A stretch of DNA of 64,000 nt, taken from positions 32,001 through 96,000 of the forward strand of contig CAVOXA010000005.1 of the NCBI GenBank assembly GCA_963700285.1. The letters are read 5' to 3'. Origin of the DNA: an uncultured Chloroflexia bacterium (lineage in GTDB: Bacteria; Chloroflexota; Anaerolineae; JAAYZQ01). Below the pieces are notes generated by a model. The model searched no databases, had not been told where the DNA came from, and was given only the letters and a program-made list of their open reading frames with translations. Positions 1 to 9,068 of the stretch are shown piece after piece. The translations under genes and the position numbers were made by a program. How positions within the stretch are numbered: position 1 is the stretch's first letter; the number at the start of each line of letters is the position of its first letter.

Positions 1-1
1 C

Positions 2-112
2 CGTGAGTATGGCATCCCTGCGGTACTGGGCACAGGCGTCGCTACCCAGCGCATCCGCAGCGGGCAGTTGGTCACGGTAGATGGAAGCGCAGGCACGGTT
101 AACCTGACATAA
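2..112 (+). CDS. 3' end of a PEP-utilising enzyme (mobile/swivel His domain; PEP synthase or rifampin-phosphotransferase-like), truncated by window edge
   Basis: Frame 2 reads REYGIPAVLGTGVATQRIRSGQLVTVDGSAGTVNLT*, the typical C-terminus of the PEP-utilizer mobile domain (AREYGIPAV...VTVDG..G.V); TAA at 110-112. Confidence 0.85.
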   Translation, partial: REYGIPAVLGTGVATQRIRSGQLVTVDGSAGTVNLT

Positions 113-123
113 CTCACCCTCTC

Positions 124-199
124 GTCATTGCGACGAGTGCAACGAGGAAGCAATCCCGAAGGCAGAAGTGGGGATCGCTTCTCTGACGCCCGCGATGAC
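124..199. repeat. REP-like palindromic intergenic element (GTCATTGCG...GAAGCAATCCC...GGGATCGCTTC...CGCGATGAC)
   Basis: Nested imperfect inverted repeats: GTCATTGCG/CGCGATGAC outer and GAAGCAATCCC/GGGATCGCTTC inner; resembles the widespread GTCATTGCGAG..GAAGCAATC..GATTGCTTC..CTCGCAATGAC element. Confidence 0.65.
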
Positions 200-246
200 A
201 AGCTCGCAACAGTCCAGACGAGAGTTGCGTGCAACAGAGATCCAGA

Positions 247-1461
247 ATGAACACCACCAATCGTATGAACGTCCTGATCCTATCACTCACCCTGGCCGTC
301 GTCATGCTGGGCTTTGGCCTGGTGATGCCCATCTTTCCCTTCTACATCGAGAGCATGGGCGCCAGCGGCAGCGAGCTGGGCCTGTTGATCGCCATCTCAC
401 CGCTGATGCAACTCGTCTTTGCCCCCATCTGGGGCAACGTCTCGGACCGGCGCGGACGCAAGCCGGTCCTGCTCATCGGCCTGTTGGGCTATGGCGTCTC
501 GATGCTGCTCTTTGGACTGGCCACCGAGCTATGGATGCTCTTTGCCGCCAGAGGGCTGGGAGCCATCCTTTCGGCGGCGACCATGCCCACCACGATGGCC
601 TATGTCGGCGACAGCACGTCCAAGCAGGATCGGGGTGGCGGCATCGGCGCCCTGGGCGCGGCCACTGGGCTGGGCATCGTGCTCGGCCCGGCGTTGGGCG
701 GCTGGCTGGCCATGGATTCGCTCTCCACGCCCTTCTTTCTCACAGCCGCGGTGTGCCTGCTGACCCTGTTGCTGGTCTGGTTCTTTCTGCCCGAGTCGCT
801 GCCCAGGGAGGCTCGACAGCCGGCGTCCGAGAGGATCCGCCTGGCCGATCAGCTTGGCGAGATGTGGCGGGCCCTGCGCAGCCCCCTGGGCGTGCTGTTC
901 TTGATGGCTTTCCTGGTGAGCTTTGGGTTGACCTGCTTTCAGGGGGTCTTTGGCCTCTTTGCCTCTCGCCAGTATGGATATGGGCCAAAAGAGGTCGGCT
1001 GGATCTTGGCTGTCATGGGCATCGTGGCCGCGGTCACGCAGGGAGCTCTGACCGGCCCGCTGACCAAACGCTGGGGAGAGGCGGCTGTGATCAGGTTCAC
1101 GCTGCTGGCCAGCGCGGTTGGCTTTGGGTTGCTGCTTACGGCGGACAGCTTGGCTATGGTGCTCCTGACGACCGGGCTTTTCACGCTGCCCAATGCTTTG
1201 CTGCGGCCGGCCGTCATCTCGCTGACCTCCAAGCAGGCGGATGCCCGGCAGGGGGTGGCGATGGGCCTCAACAACTCTTTCAACAGCCTGGGCCGCGTTG
1301 TGGGACCGATGTGGGCAGGCTTTGCCTTTGACGCCAATCCGTACCTGCCCTACGTCAGTGGGGCGGTGGTTATGCTGGTTGGTTTTCTGGTCAGCCTGGC
1401 CTGGCTTACCCAGGAAATGGACCTGAAGGCCGGGCCCCAAGAACGCGGAGTAGGGGCCTAG
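247..1461 (+). CDS. MFS transporter, DHA1/TetA-like drug:H+ antiporter family
   Basis: About 12 hydrophobic segments; motif A GNVSDRRGRKP; motif C GIVLGPALGG; ATG at 247. Confidence 0.9.
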   Translation: MNTTNRMNVLILSLTLAVVMLGFGLVMPIFPFYIESMGASGSELGLLIAISPLMQLVFAPIWGNVSDRRGRKPVLLIGLLGYGVSMLLFGLATELWMLFAARGLGAILSAATMPTTMAYVGDSTSKQDRGGGIGALGAATGLGIVLGPALGGWLAMDSLSTPFFLTAAVCLLTLLLVWFFLPESLPREARQPASERIRLADQLGEMWRALRSPLGVLFLMAFLVSFGLTCFQGVFGLFASRQYGYGPKEVGWILAVMGIVAAVTQGALTGPLTKRWGEAAVIRFTLLASAVGFGLLLTADSLAMVLLTTGLFTLPNALLRPAVISLTSKQADARQGVAMGLNNSFNSLGRVVGPMWAGFAFDANPYLPYVSGAVVMLVGFLVSLAWLTQEMDLKAGPQERGVGA

Positions 1462-1475
1462 GGCGAGTTGGTCGG

Positions 1476-1922
1476 GTGCACTACAATCAGGCTGAAGAGG
1501 CAGCGAGGTTCTATGTTTCCCTCTTTGAGAATTCAGATATCATCGATATTGCACGCTATGGAGAAGCAGGGCCTGGGCTGAAGGCAGTGTGATGATGGTG
1601 ACCTTCCGGCTGGACGGGCAGGAGTACCTGGCCCTGAACGGCGGCCCGATCTTTCAGTTCACTGAGGCCATATCGCTCGTTGTGAACTGCGAGAGTCAGG
1701 AGGAGGTTGACAGGCTCTGGGACCAGCTCTCCGAAGGCGGGGGAGAAGGGTCAGTGCGGCTGGCTCAAGGACAAGGTTGGGCTCTCCTGGCAGATCGTCC
1801 CCACGATCCTAAACGAGCTGATGCAGGACGGGGACCCTGAGAAGGCCAGGCGGGTCACGGAGGTCACGCTGCAAATGGGAAAGCTCGACATTCAGGCCCT
1901 GCAGGCGGCCTACGACCTGTAA
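1476..1922 (+). pseudogene. VOC/PhnB-like (3-demethylubiquinone-9 3-methyltransferase family) protein, frameshifted and 5'-degenerate
   Basis: Fragments in three frames: NQAEEAARFYVSLF..RYGEAGPG / VTFRLDGQEYLALNGGPIFQFTEAISLVVNC / GQCGWLKDKVGLSWQIVP; the usual N-terminal MQKITPFLWF is missing. Confidence 0.8.
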
Positions 1923-2279
1923 CAATTGCTAGCCTGTCAAGTACTGCAGATCCGCTCGTGCGCCGCAACCAACTGGGCCAGATCGGGATGAGGCTCGAGT
2001 ATTCCTTGCGGCGCGGAGTGTTCATCTCCTAATTCCTCTCTTGTCTTCCCAGTAACCGGCCCAGGCGACCCAAAGCCCCCTGTGATTCGGCCGTCAATAT
2101 GCTCATTTCCTCCGTCAGGGCGGCAACCTGGCTGCCTGGGCTGCGCAGGAGCGAGGGAACGCGGACGCCGCGGCGCCAATCGCGCCTATGCGTTTGGGCG
2201 CGCTGGTTGACGAGAGGGCGGGTGCCAGGGAGCCAGGCGCGCGGAGGATTCTGGGGGCGACTCTTCCCGCGACCTCCCA

Positions 2280-2381
2280 TCTCAATAATTCTGATGAGAA
2301 GATCCCTGCTTTGGGACGTCTTTTTCTTTGGTAGAATTCATCACTATTCTCGATGCGATTCGGGTGAGGTCTTGGTATACT
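2280..2381 (+). promoter_or_regulatory. Conserved upstream module, copy 1 (homologous to 16176-16277), ending in extended -10 TGGTATACT
   Basis: Ungapped alignment with 16176-16277: 73/88 identical over 2280-2367 by manual count; -10-like hexamer at the same offset in both copies. Confidence 0.7.
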
Positions 2382-2593
2382 TGTCATGACCGGAGGCAAG
2401 ACCAGTCCGGCAGTATTCTCATGGTGTCTGTCCGTGGCAAGGCCATCTGGGTTGCTGGCCAGCGCAGGTTTGCCAATCCTAGGGCAGATCTGGAGCACGC
2501 AAGTATGCCAGAGATGATCGGCGATAGCCGATAGGCGTACGTTCAGGATAGGATCCATCCTAGACTATGGGCTTGAGAGGAGTCCGATTTACT

Positions 2594-5500
2594 ATGAAGA
2601 AAATTACCTTGCTGCTGATACTCACATTCGTGATTGTGTTGCTCACCGGTTGTCAGGACATTCAAGCTCAACCGAAAACCGTGGCCGTGACCGCCCAGGA
2701 ACCCATGGCGAAGGCAGCGCCCCTGTCGTCAACTGTTGAGACGGCCAATCTGGGCGCGCTGACGGAAAACCCCTGGCAGTGGGTCTCGTTCACCGACCCG
2801 CTGGAGCAGTTCGAGGTCGAGGGGCCTGAGAAGTATGTGCTGACCTTCAACGATGACGGCACGGTCAATATCAAGGCCGACTGCAACAACGCCGCCGGCA
2901 GCTACACGGCCGATAGTGGCAGCCTGAAGATTGAGGTCGGGCCGATGACCATGGCCGCCTGCCCGCCCGACTCGCGCAGCGACGAGTTTGTGGGACTGCT
3001 GGGCGGCGCCGCTCGCTACTTCTTTGAGGAAGGGTTTTTGTACATCGACCTGCTGGCTGACGGTGGCACCATGGCCTTTGCTCCGCCCGCAGAACCGGCA
3101 TCGGCCGGCGATGTGACGTCGTACCCCTGGCTGTGGACCTCGTTCACCAGCCCGGTGGAGCGGTTCAAGGTGGAGGCACCCCAGAACTATGTCGTGACCT
3201 TCAACGATGACGGCACGGTCAATATCAAGGCCGACTGCAACAACGCCACCGGCAGCTACACGGTCGATGGTGGCAGCCTGAAGATTGAGATCGGGCCGAT
3301 GACCATGGCCGCCTGCCCGCCCGACTCGCGCAGCGACCAGTTTGTGGGACTGCTGGGCAATGCGGCTCGCTACTTCTTTGAGGACGCGCAGTTGTACATT
3401 GACCTGTTCGCCGATGGCGGCACGATGCTCTTTGCACCTCTCGGCGAGGCAGAAATGGCCGAAGCCGCTGCGCAGGCCAGCTCCGGCTTGCCGCCCGCCG
3501 AGATCGCCAATGACGAGGGCGGCCCGGCTTTCGTCAGCGGCCAGTGGAACTATACCAGTTACGCCGTGCCTACCCACTTCCTGGAGCCGGTGGTGGCGCT
3601 GATGGATCTGTCCCGCCAGGTCCAGGGCAATTATGAGGAACGGGTACCGCGTACAGGCCAGATTATGGGCACCCTCACCGGCCCTCTAGCGCCATCGCCT
3701 GCCAGCTATCGAGTAGATGTGCCCGTTCTGCCCGGTGGGGAGAGCGCTGACCTGGACAACGATGGCGAGGAGGACACCGGCGTCCAGCTTTACGCACTGG
3801 TGTTCAGCACCAACATGGTGGGGGACTCTTATCTGGAACAATTGGAGCAGGATGGTTTTGCCTCCGTGCTGGCTGATCCCCAGACCGGCGCGATTCGGGA
3901 GGGCACCTTGCTGGTCTATGCGCCCGACGGGGCCCAGGGTTTCCCCAGTACGGCCGGGGCCGACGGGCAGTTCTTCACCGCCGACGACCCAGCGGTCGCC
4001 TTGCCGGCCGGCTACACCCTGGTGACCCTCAGCAGCGACGGCGAGGTCAGCTTCGACCGCGCCCGCGAGGCAAAGATGGACACGCTGGAGCCAGCGGCGG
4101 CGGCCTCGCCTGACTTCTCCGACCAGGGCATTCTGGAAAGCTACAATTCCTTGATTGACCTTCTCTCGGTGCGCTACTCCTACACCGAGTTGCGGGATCT
4201 GGATTGGGAAGAGATCCGGCAGGCGTACCTGCCGCGGGTGCAGGCCGCTGATGAGGCGGACGACATGACCGCCTACTATCTTGCCCTGTTTGACCTGGCC
4301 ATGTCGATCCGGGATGCCCATGTTCAAGTCAACGCTACGGACGCCCAGATGAGAACCGCGCCATACGTCAAATTGGGCGAGGAGTTCAATAGCAACTTGG
4401 GTGCGCAGGTTGTGGAACTCAGCGACGGACGCTTTGTCGTCACGTACCTGGATCCGGAGGGGCCGGCCGCCCAGGCGGGCTGGGAGTTCGGTACCGAAAT
4501 TGTGACAGTGGACGGCGTGCCCATGGGCGAGCGACTCGATGCCCTGCCCCTCACCAGCGCCGAATCAACGCCGGAAGGCATCCGCACGGCGCAACTGGCC
4601 CAGGCGTTGGCCTTCCCGGCAGGAACCGAAACAACGATCGAGTATCGGCTGCCAGGTGAGAGCGAACCACTCAGCGCCACCTTGGCCGCCGGAGAGGGTT
4701 TCGAGACTGTGGCGCCGAGCTCCACACCAGGGCGGGAGGAAATCAGCTTCAAAGAGCTGGACGGCGGATTCGGCTACATCCAATGGGGGGCGTTCGATGA
4801 TCCGTTGTACAAGCTCGCCGTCTGGGAAAAGTTCCTCAGCACATTCCAGGCTGCGCCTGGGATCGTGATCGATCTCCGCGACAATGGCGGCGGCAACCTC
4901 GGTCTGCTTTACACGATGACATCCTTCCTGTTTTCGGCCGAGGAGCCTGCACCCGAACATTGGATCGACTCCTATGTCTACGATGAGCAGGCGAACGACT
5001 TGGTACGGGCTTTCGCGACCGACTATATGCTGAGCTCCCCAAAGCCCGAGTTGACCTACCCGGGTGCAATCGTGGTGTTGGTGAATGAAAACTCGGCCAG
5101 CGCCGCCGAGTACTTTCCCCAGTTCCTGCAGCGCCAGGGGCGGGCCATCGTTGCGGGCGAACATGGTACGGACGGCGCCGGCGGTGTGATCGAGCGCGCG
5201 TCCCTGCCCGGTGGCATCACCTTCCAGTTCACCAAAGGGCGCAACGTCTTTGCCGGCACCGACGAATACAACCTGGAGGGCAAGGGCGTGACCCTGGACG
5301 TGCGGGTGCCCATCACCTTGGAGAACGAGCAGGCCAAACTGGAAGGGCAGGACGTCGTGCTGGAAGAAGCCCTTATCGCCCTGGGCGAGGAGGCAGACCG
5401 GCTGACCCGTGCCAAGCTGGCCGGTGCAACTTGGCAGTTGGCGACAGTATACGAAGCGTCTGGCAGCCAGACCGCGATCGCAGACCCTGAAAACTATACC

Positions 5501-5764
5501 ATCACGTTCGGCGAGGACGGGACGATGGCCATCCAGGCCGACTGCAACCAGGCCAGCGCCGAATACACCTTGGGCACAGCCGGGGCACTGACCATCACAC
5601 CCGGGCCAGCGACTTTGGCAGCCTGCCCTGAGGGCTCGCTCAGCGAGGAGTACCTGCAGTGGTTGGGCTCAGCCACCTCTTTCCAGATCGCTGGCAAGCA
5701 GTTGGTCGTGTCGACGGATCCGGAGAGCGGTGTTCTGGTCCTCGTCTTTGAGCTCGTGGAGTAG
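2594..5764 (+). CDS. Lipoprotein: 2x META (HslJ) domains + S41 tail-specific peptidase with PDZ + C-terminal META domain
   Basis: Lipobox LLTGC; META signature ADCN..G.Y...GP..TMAACP three times; S41 motifs IDLRDNGGG and ENSASAAE; RBS GAGGAG before ATG 2594. Confidence 0.88.
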   Translation: MKKITLLLILTFVIVLLTGCQDIQAQPKTVAVTAQEPMAKAAPLSSTVETANLGALTENPWQWVSFTDPLEQFEVEGPEKYVLTFNDDGTVNIKADCNNAAGSYTADSGSLKIEVGPMTMAACPPDSRSDEFVGLLGGAARYFFEEGFLYIDLLADGGTMAFAPPAEPASAGDVTSYPWLWTSFTSPVERFKVEAPQNYVVTFNDDGTVNIKADCNNATGSYTVDGGSLKIEIGPMTMAACPPDSRSDQFVGLLGNAARYFFEDAQLYIDLFADGGTMLFAPLGEAEMAEAAAQASSGLPPAEIANDEGGPAFVSGQWNYTSYAVPTHFLEPVVALMDLSRQVQGNYEERVPRTGQIMGTLTGPLAPSPASYRVDVPVLPGGESADLDNDGEEDTGVQLYALVFSTNMVGDSYLEQLEQDGFASVLADPQTGAIREGTLLVYAPDGAQGFPSTAGADGQFFTADDPAVALPAGYTLVTLSSDGEVSFDRAREAKMDTLEPAAAASPDFSDQGILESYNSLIDLLSVRYSYTELRDLDWEEIRQAYLPRVQAADEADDMTAYYLALFDLAMSIRDAHVQVNATDAQMRTAPYVKLGEEFNSNLGAQVVELSDGRFVVTYLDPEGPAAQAGWEFGTEIVTVDGVPMGERLDALPLTSAESTPEGIRTAQLAQALAFPAGTETTIEYRLPGESEPLSATLAAGEGFETVAPSSTPGREEISFKELDGGFGYIQWGAFDDPLYKLAVWEKFLSTFQAAPGIVIDLRDNGGGNLGLLYTMTSFLFSAEEPAPEHWIDSYVYDEQANDLVRAFATDYMLSSPKPELTYPGAIVVLVNENSASAAEYFPQFLQRQGRAIVAGEHGTDGAGGVIERASLPGGITFQFTKGRNVFAGTDEYNLEGKGVTLDVRVPITLENEQAKLEGQDVVLEEALIALGEEADRLTRAKLAGATWQLATVYEASGSQTAIADPENYTITFGEDGTMAIQADCNQASAEYTLGTAGALTITPGPATLAACPEGSLSEEYLQWLGSATSFQIAGKQLVVSTDPESGVLVLVFELVE
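2771..3439 (+). repeat. Intragenic tandem duplication (354-bp period) encoding two near-identical META domains
   Basis: 2771-3085 vs 3125-3439 share long identical tracts such as ACCTTCAACGATGACGGCACGGTCAATATCAAGGCCGACTGCAACAACGCC and GGGCCGATGACCATGGCCGCCTGCCCGCCCGACTCGCGCAGCGAC. Confidence 0.92.
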
Positions 5765-5776
5765 GAGGCTACCGGC

Positions 5777-5810
5777 CAGCACCACGCCTGATGTCCCAGG
5801 CGTGGTGCTG
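5777..5810 (+). terminator. 14-bp perfect stem-loop downstream of the S41 gene
   Basis: CAGCACCACGCCTG-atgtcc-CAGGCGTGGTGCTG; no U-tract, so terminator or RNA-stability hairpin. Confidence 0.55.
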
Positions 5811-5911
5811 CGGTAACGAGGCGCGTGGTCAGCACCACCAGCGCACAGGCATCTGGATGCTCAAGAAGGCCGGACGCGAGCAGCTTGTGGGCATTGAGGT
5901 GGCAGAGGGGA

Positions 5912-6430
5912 ATGAACAAATACCTTAGCCTGATCATCATCCTTATCGTCACCACATTCCTGGCCGGATGTAACGAACAGGTAGGTGACTACATGGCTGC
6001 ATCATCGATCAGCAGGGACGGATTTGCCAGGGACGAGAAGGAGATGCGCGAACTAGATGGCCAGGAAGTCAAGATATGGGGATTCGTCGACCACGCCAAC
6101 ATGTATGGGGATGAAGGTGCGAAAGGGGTTCTAGAAGACTGGTGGAGCGGTGATGGGCCGAGTGCCACAACCTGGCGGTTCAACTTGAAAGCCAGAGAGG
6201 ATGATGAAGCGGGGCATTCGTTCCCTGTACATGTGCCCAATGATCCGGGACAGGACGACCTTCTCAACGTGTTTCTTGCGGACGCAAGAGCACAGAAACC
6301 GACAAAGGTCTTTGTGAAGGGAAGGATATTTGCATTTGACGCTCCGACAAATGCCCTTCCCCTGACCGGCCTGTATCTGGAACTGGAGTCTTCATACGAC
6401 ATCCTGCTTGAGCCCCCTTTGGCTCAATAG
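5912..6430 (+). CDS. Hypothetical lipoprotein (possible OB-fold)
   Basis: MNKYLSLIIILIVTTFLAGC signal plus lipobox; purine-rich RBS upstream. Confidence 0.75.
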   Translation: MNKYLSLIIILIVTTFLAGCNEQVGDYMAASSISRDGFARDEKEMRELDGQEVKIWGFVDHANMYGDEGAKGVLEDWWSGDGPSATTWRFNLKAREDDEAGHSFPVHVPNDPGQDDLLNVFLADARAQKPTKVFVKGRIFAFDAPTNALPLTGLYLELESSYDILLEPPLAQ

Positions 6431-6482
6431 CTTGCCTACGTTGCTTTGGGATAGCACGTTTGACTTTGAAAGGAGGTGTCTG

Positions 6483-7349
6483 TTGTCTAGCGAACCTGCA
6501 AGAAAAAGGGTAGTCACCTACCTGATCATCGTATTTGTTGCCAGCATTCCCTGGTATTATTTGATTTGGGCTAATGGCGGGCTAGAAGCCCAGGCCGGCG
6601 CCATTTTGGTACTGCCACTCATGTGGTCGCCGGCGTTGGCCGGTTTGCTGACAACCTTCATTTACCAACGCAATCTACGCGGCATGGGCTGGGGATTTGG
6701 CAAACTCAAGTACTATGCCATCGCCTATTTCCTGCCCATCCTCTATGCCAGCATTGCCTACGGCATCGTCTGGATCTTGGGTTTAGGGACGGTGGATACC
6801 AGCGCCTTGGGCGAGGGCTGGATGGTGAGAATTCTTGGGATTCTGACCGGCGGCATTCTGTTGGGGGCACTCCAGGTCTTGGGTGAAGAAATCGGTTGGC
6901 GAGGGTTGCTGGTTCCTCAGTTGGCGAGATTCAATGCATTTACGGCAACAGCACTCATCAGCGGCGTGATCTGGGGCATCTGGCACATACCGATGATCAT
7001 CGGCGGCGGTTACAGCAGCGGGGCGCCCACCTGGTGGGCAATTGCCTGCTTCATGGTACACATTGTGGGCATATCATTTGCCTTTGCCTGGCTGCGGCTG
7101 GCTTCCGGCAGTATCTGGCCCGCTGTAGTGATGCACTCTGTTCACAATGCCTTTATACAAAGTGTTTTGGATGAGATAACCGTCGACACGGGTATCACCG
7201 AGTACTTTGCCACCGAGTTTGGCCTGGCTCTGGCTATCATGGGTGTTGTCGTTGGTTTCATCTTTTGGCGCATAGGGGTTCCATGGGAAAAGGCGACAGC
7301 GCAGGCACCAGCAGTCCCATCCGATTTTGAACCCGGAGACAACCCATAA
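6483..7349 (+). CDS. CPBP family intramembrane glutamic endopeptidase (CAAX protease/Abi)
   Basis: EEIGWRG, WGIWH and HSVHN motifs; multiple TMs; AGGAGG before TTG 6483. Confidence 0.92.
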   Translation: MSSEPARKRVVTYLIIVFVASIPWYYLIWANGGLEAQAGAILVLPLMWSPALAGLLTTFIYQRNLRGMGWGFGKLKYYAIAYFLPILYASIAYGIVWILGLGTVDTSALGEGWMVRILGILTGGILLGALQVLGEEIGWRGLLVPQLARFNAFTATALISGVIWGIWHIPMIIGGGYSSGAPTWWAIACFMVHIVGISFAFAWLRLASGSIWPAVVMHSVHNAFIQSVLDEITVDTGITEYFATEFGLALAIMGVVVGFIFWRIGVPWEKATAQAPAVPSDFEPGDNP

Positions 7350-7451
7350 CGTCCAGCTCGCCTTGACCACCGTCACCGTCAGCATCGAAACGCAGTCAAT
7401 TGGATGGTCGTACCGGGGCCGACGGGCCGGCCAGTGACCGATGTTGCCGTC

Positions 7452-7480
7452 TTGCTCACAGCCATAAGTGGTGATAGAAT
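7452..7480 (+). promoter_or_regulatory. Sigma70-type promoter for the 7508-16102 gene run
   Basis: TTGCTC-17bp-TAGAAT with TG extension. Confidence 0.55.
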
Positions 7481-7507
7481 GAATATTGTCAACAGGAGAA
7501 ATCAGAC

Positions 7508-8005
7508 GTGATATCGCAAACAGAAAAGACGAACGGCAAACCTCCGTATGTCACAGATCTGGAGGCGGCGTACGGTGCCCCTAGCCAGAATGGCTTTGGC
7601 AGTGCCGTCTTCTACACTGACATGGACCCAGCACAGGAGCTGGAACAGGTAGCGCTGGAGTACTACCAGTACTTTGTTGGCAATCTCTGGGAGCGTTATG
7701 GCAAAGATGCCTGGATGGGGCCGTGGAAAGAGGTCTACACCCGCAAGACCGGTGCGACTCCCGACATTGTCAAGGAGCTACAGGGTATCAGCGATCCCGA
7801 GGCGAGACCGTCGGTGCCGATGGTCCTGGATGTGGTTGAGAATGCGGAGGCTGCGCGGCAGGCCCTGTCGGCCGCCTATGACGACGCAGCCGTGGCTGAG
7901 CTGGCCGTATTTTCACTGGGCGATGGCGAAGCCATGTCCGGCCTTCTCGTCGCCTCCCGCCGAGACACAGGTGAGGCGACGTTTCTGGTCTTTCTGATGG
8001 ATTGA
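7508..8005 (+). CDS. Hypothetical acidic protein
   Basis: 165-aa ORF with RBS AGGAG and coding-like composition; no motif recognised. Confidence 0.75.
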   Translation: MISQTEKTNGKPPYVTDLEAAYGAPSQNGFGSAVFYTDMDPAQELEQVALEYYQYFVGNLWERYGKDAWMGPWKEVYTRKTGATPDIVKELQGISDPEARPSVPMVLDVVENAEAARQALSAAYDDAAVAELAVFSLGDGEAMSGLLVASRRDTGEATFLVFLMD

Positions 8006-8021
8006 GGGGGCTAGCGGTACC

Positions 8022-9047
8022 ATGACAGCAACGACACCTTCTTCCCATCACAAGGGCCGATCTGGACGGGTGTGGCTCAAGCGCGTCCTGGTCATCGCGG
8101 GCATCCTGCTCCTGGGCGTGCTGGCCGTGATCCTCGTGCTGGGTCTCCTGCCTCTCTCCACCCGGGGGCTTGAGTCCGAGCCTGATCCGGCCGGGAGCTT
8201 CGATGAGGCGGTGGCCCGCTTCCAGCAGGCCCAGCAGGCGGAACAGGGTATCGTCAACGAGGCCAGTGGCTCGCATCTTCTGGTCCACGGCGACACCACG
8301 CCGCGCGCCTACGTACTGGTGCACGGCACCACCAACTCGCCGCTGCAATGGTTGGAGCTGGGCGAGACGCTGCACGCGCTGGGCCACAACGTGCTGATCC
8401 TGCGCATGCCCTACCACGGCCTGAAGAGCCACCGGGTCAGCGAACTGAAGCGGCTCTCCGCCCAGGATTTGAGAGTGTACGCCGACCAGGCGGTCGATAT
8501 CGCTGCCGGTCTGGGTGATGGAATTGTCGTGGTCGGTATCTCGGGTGGCGGCGCCGTGGCCGCGTGGATGGCCCAGAACCGGCCCGAGATCGACCGCAGC
8601 CTGGCGCTGGCGCCCTTTTTAGGCGTCCACGGCGTGCCCGATATCGCTGGCACACTGCTGATGAATGCCTTCTCGCGCTTGCCGAACGTCGTGCTGGACG
8701 ACCCGCTGGAACCACGACGCGACTGGGTCTATCGCGGTGAGGCCACGCGGGGAGTGGCCGCCTTTCTGGCCCTGGGCCACAACGTCAGGCAAGAAGCCAA
8801 GAGAGGCGCCGGTCCAGAGGGCCAGCTAGTCGTCCTGACCACGGCCAGGGACAACACGGCCAATAACGACTCCACGGCCAGTCTCGTCGATGCCTGGCGC
8901 CAGGCAGGCGCAGAGGTGGTCACCTTCGAGTTCGAAGCATCGCTGGACGTCCCCCACAATTCGGTGGATCCGGCAGCCGACGCGGCCAAGAAGCAACTGG
9001 TTTATGACCAGATTCTGGAGCTATTGGGAGAACAGCCCTTGCCGTGA
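8022..9047 (+). CDS. Membrane-anchored alpha/beta hydrolase (carboxylesterase/lipase-like)
   Basis: N-terminal TM; LVHG oxyanion motif; GISGGG nucleophile elbow; Asp (RDNTA) and His (VPHN). Confidence 0.88.
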   Translation: MTATTPSSHHKGRSGRVWLKRVLVIAGILLLGVLAVILVLGLLPLSTRGLESEPDPAGSFDEAVARFQQAQQAEQGIVNEASGSHLLVHGDTTPRAYVLVHGTTNSPLQWLELGETLHALGHNVLILRMPYHGLKSHRVSELKRLSAQDLRVYADQAVDIAAGLGDGIVVVGISGGGAVAAWMAQNRPEIDRSLALAPFLGVHGVPDIAGTLLMNAFSRLPNVVLDDPLEPRRDWVYRGEATRGVAAFLALGHNVRQEAKRGAGPEGQLVVLTTARDNTANNDSTASLVDAWRQAGAEVVTFEFEASLDVPHNSVDPAADAAKKQLVYDQILELLGEQPLP

Positions 9048-9068
9048 AGAGCAGAATTGTGGTGATTT

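Noticed and set aside
2291-2330. CTGATGAG followed by a stem, suggesting a hammerhead ribozyme core
   Set aside because: No GAAA after the stem, and the second copy reads CGGATGAG, breaking the invariant core
2115-2558. Minus-strand ORFs here and at 16089-16349 share the peptide QRKR..AGIFSSELLR
   Set aside because: Similarity is confined to the duplicated DNA module; the flanks are unrelated, so it is a by-product of a non-coding repeat
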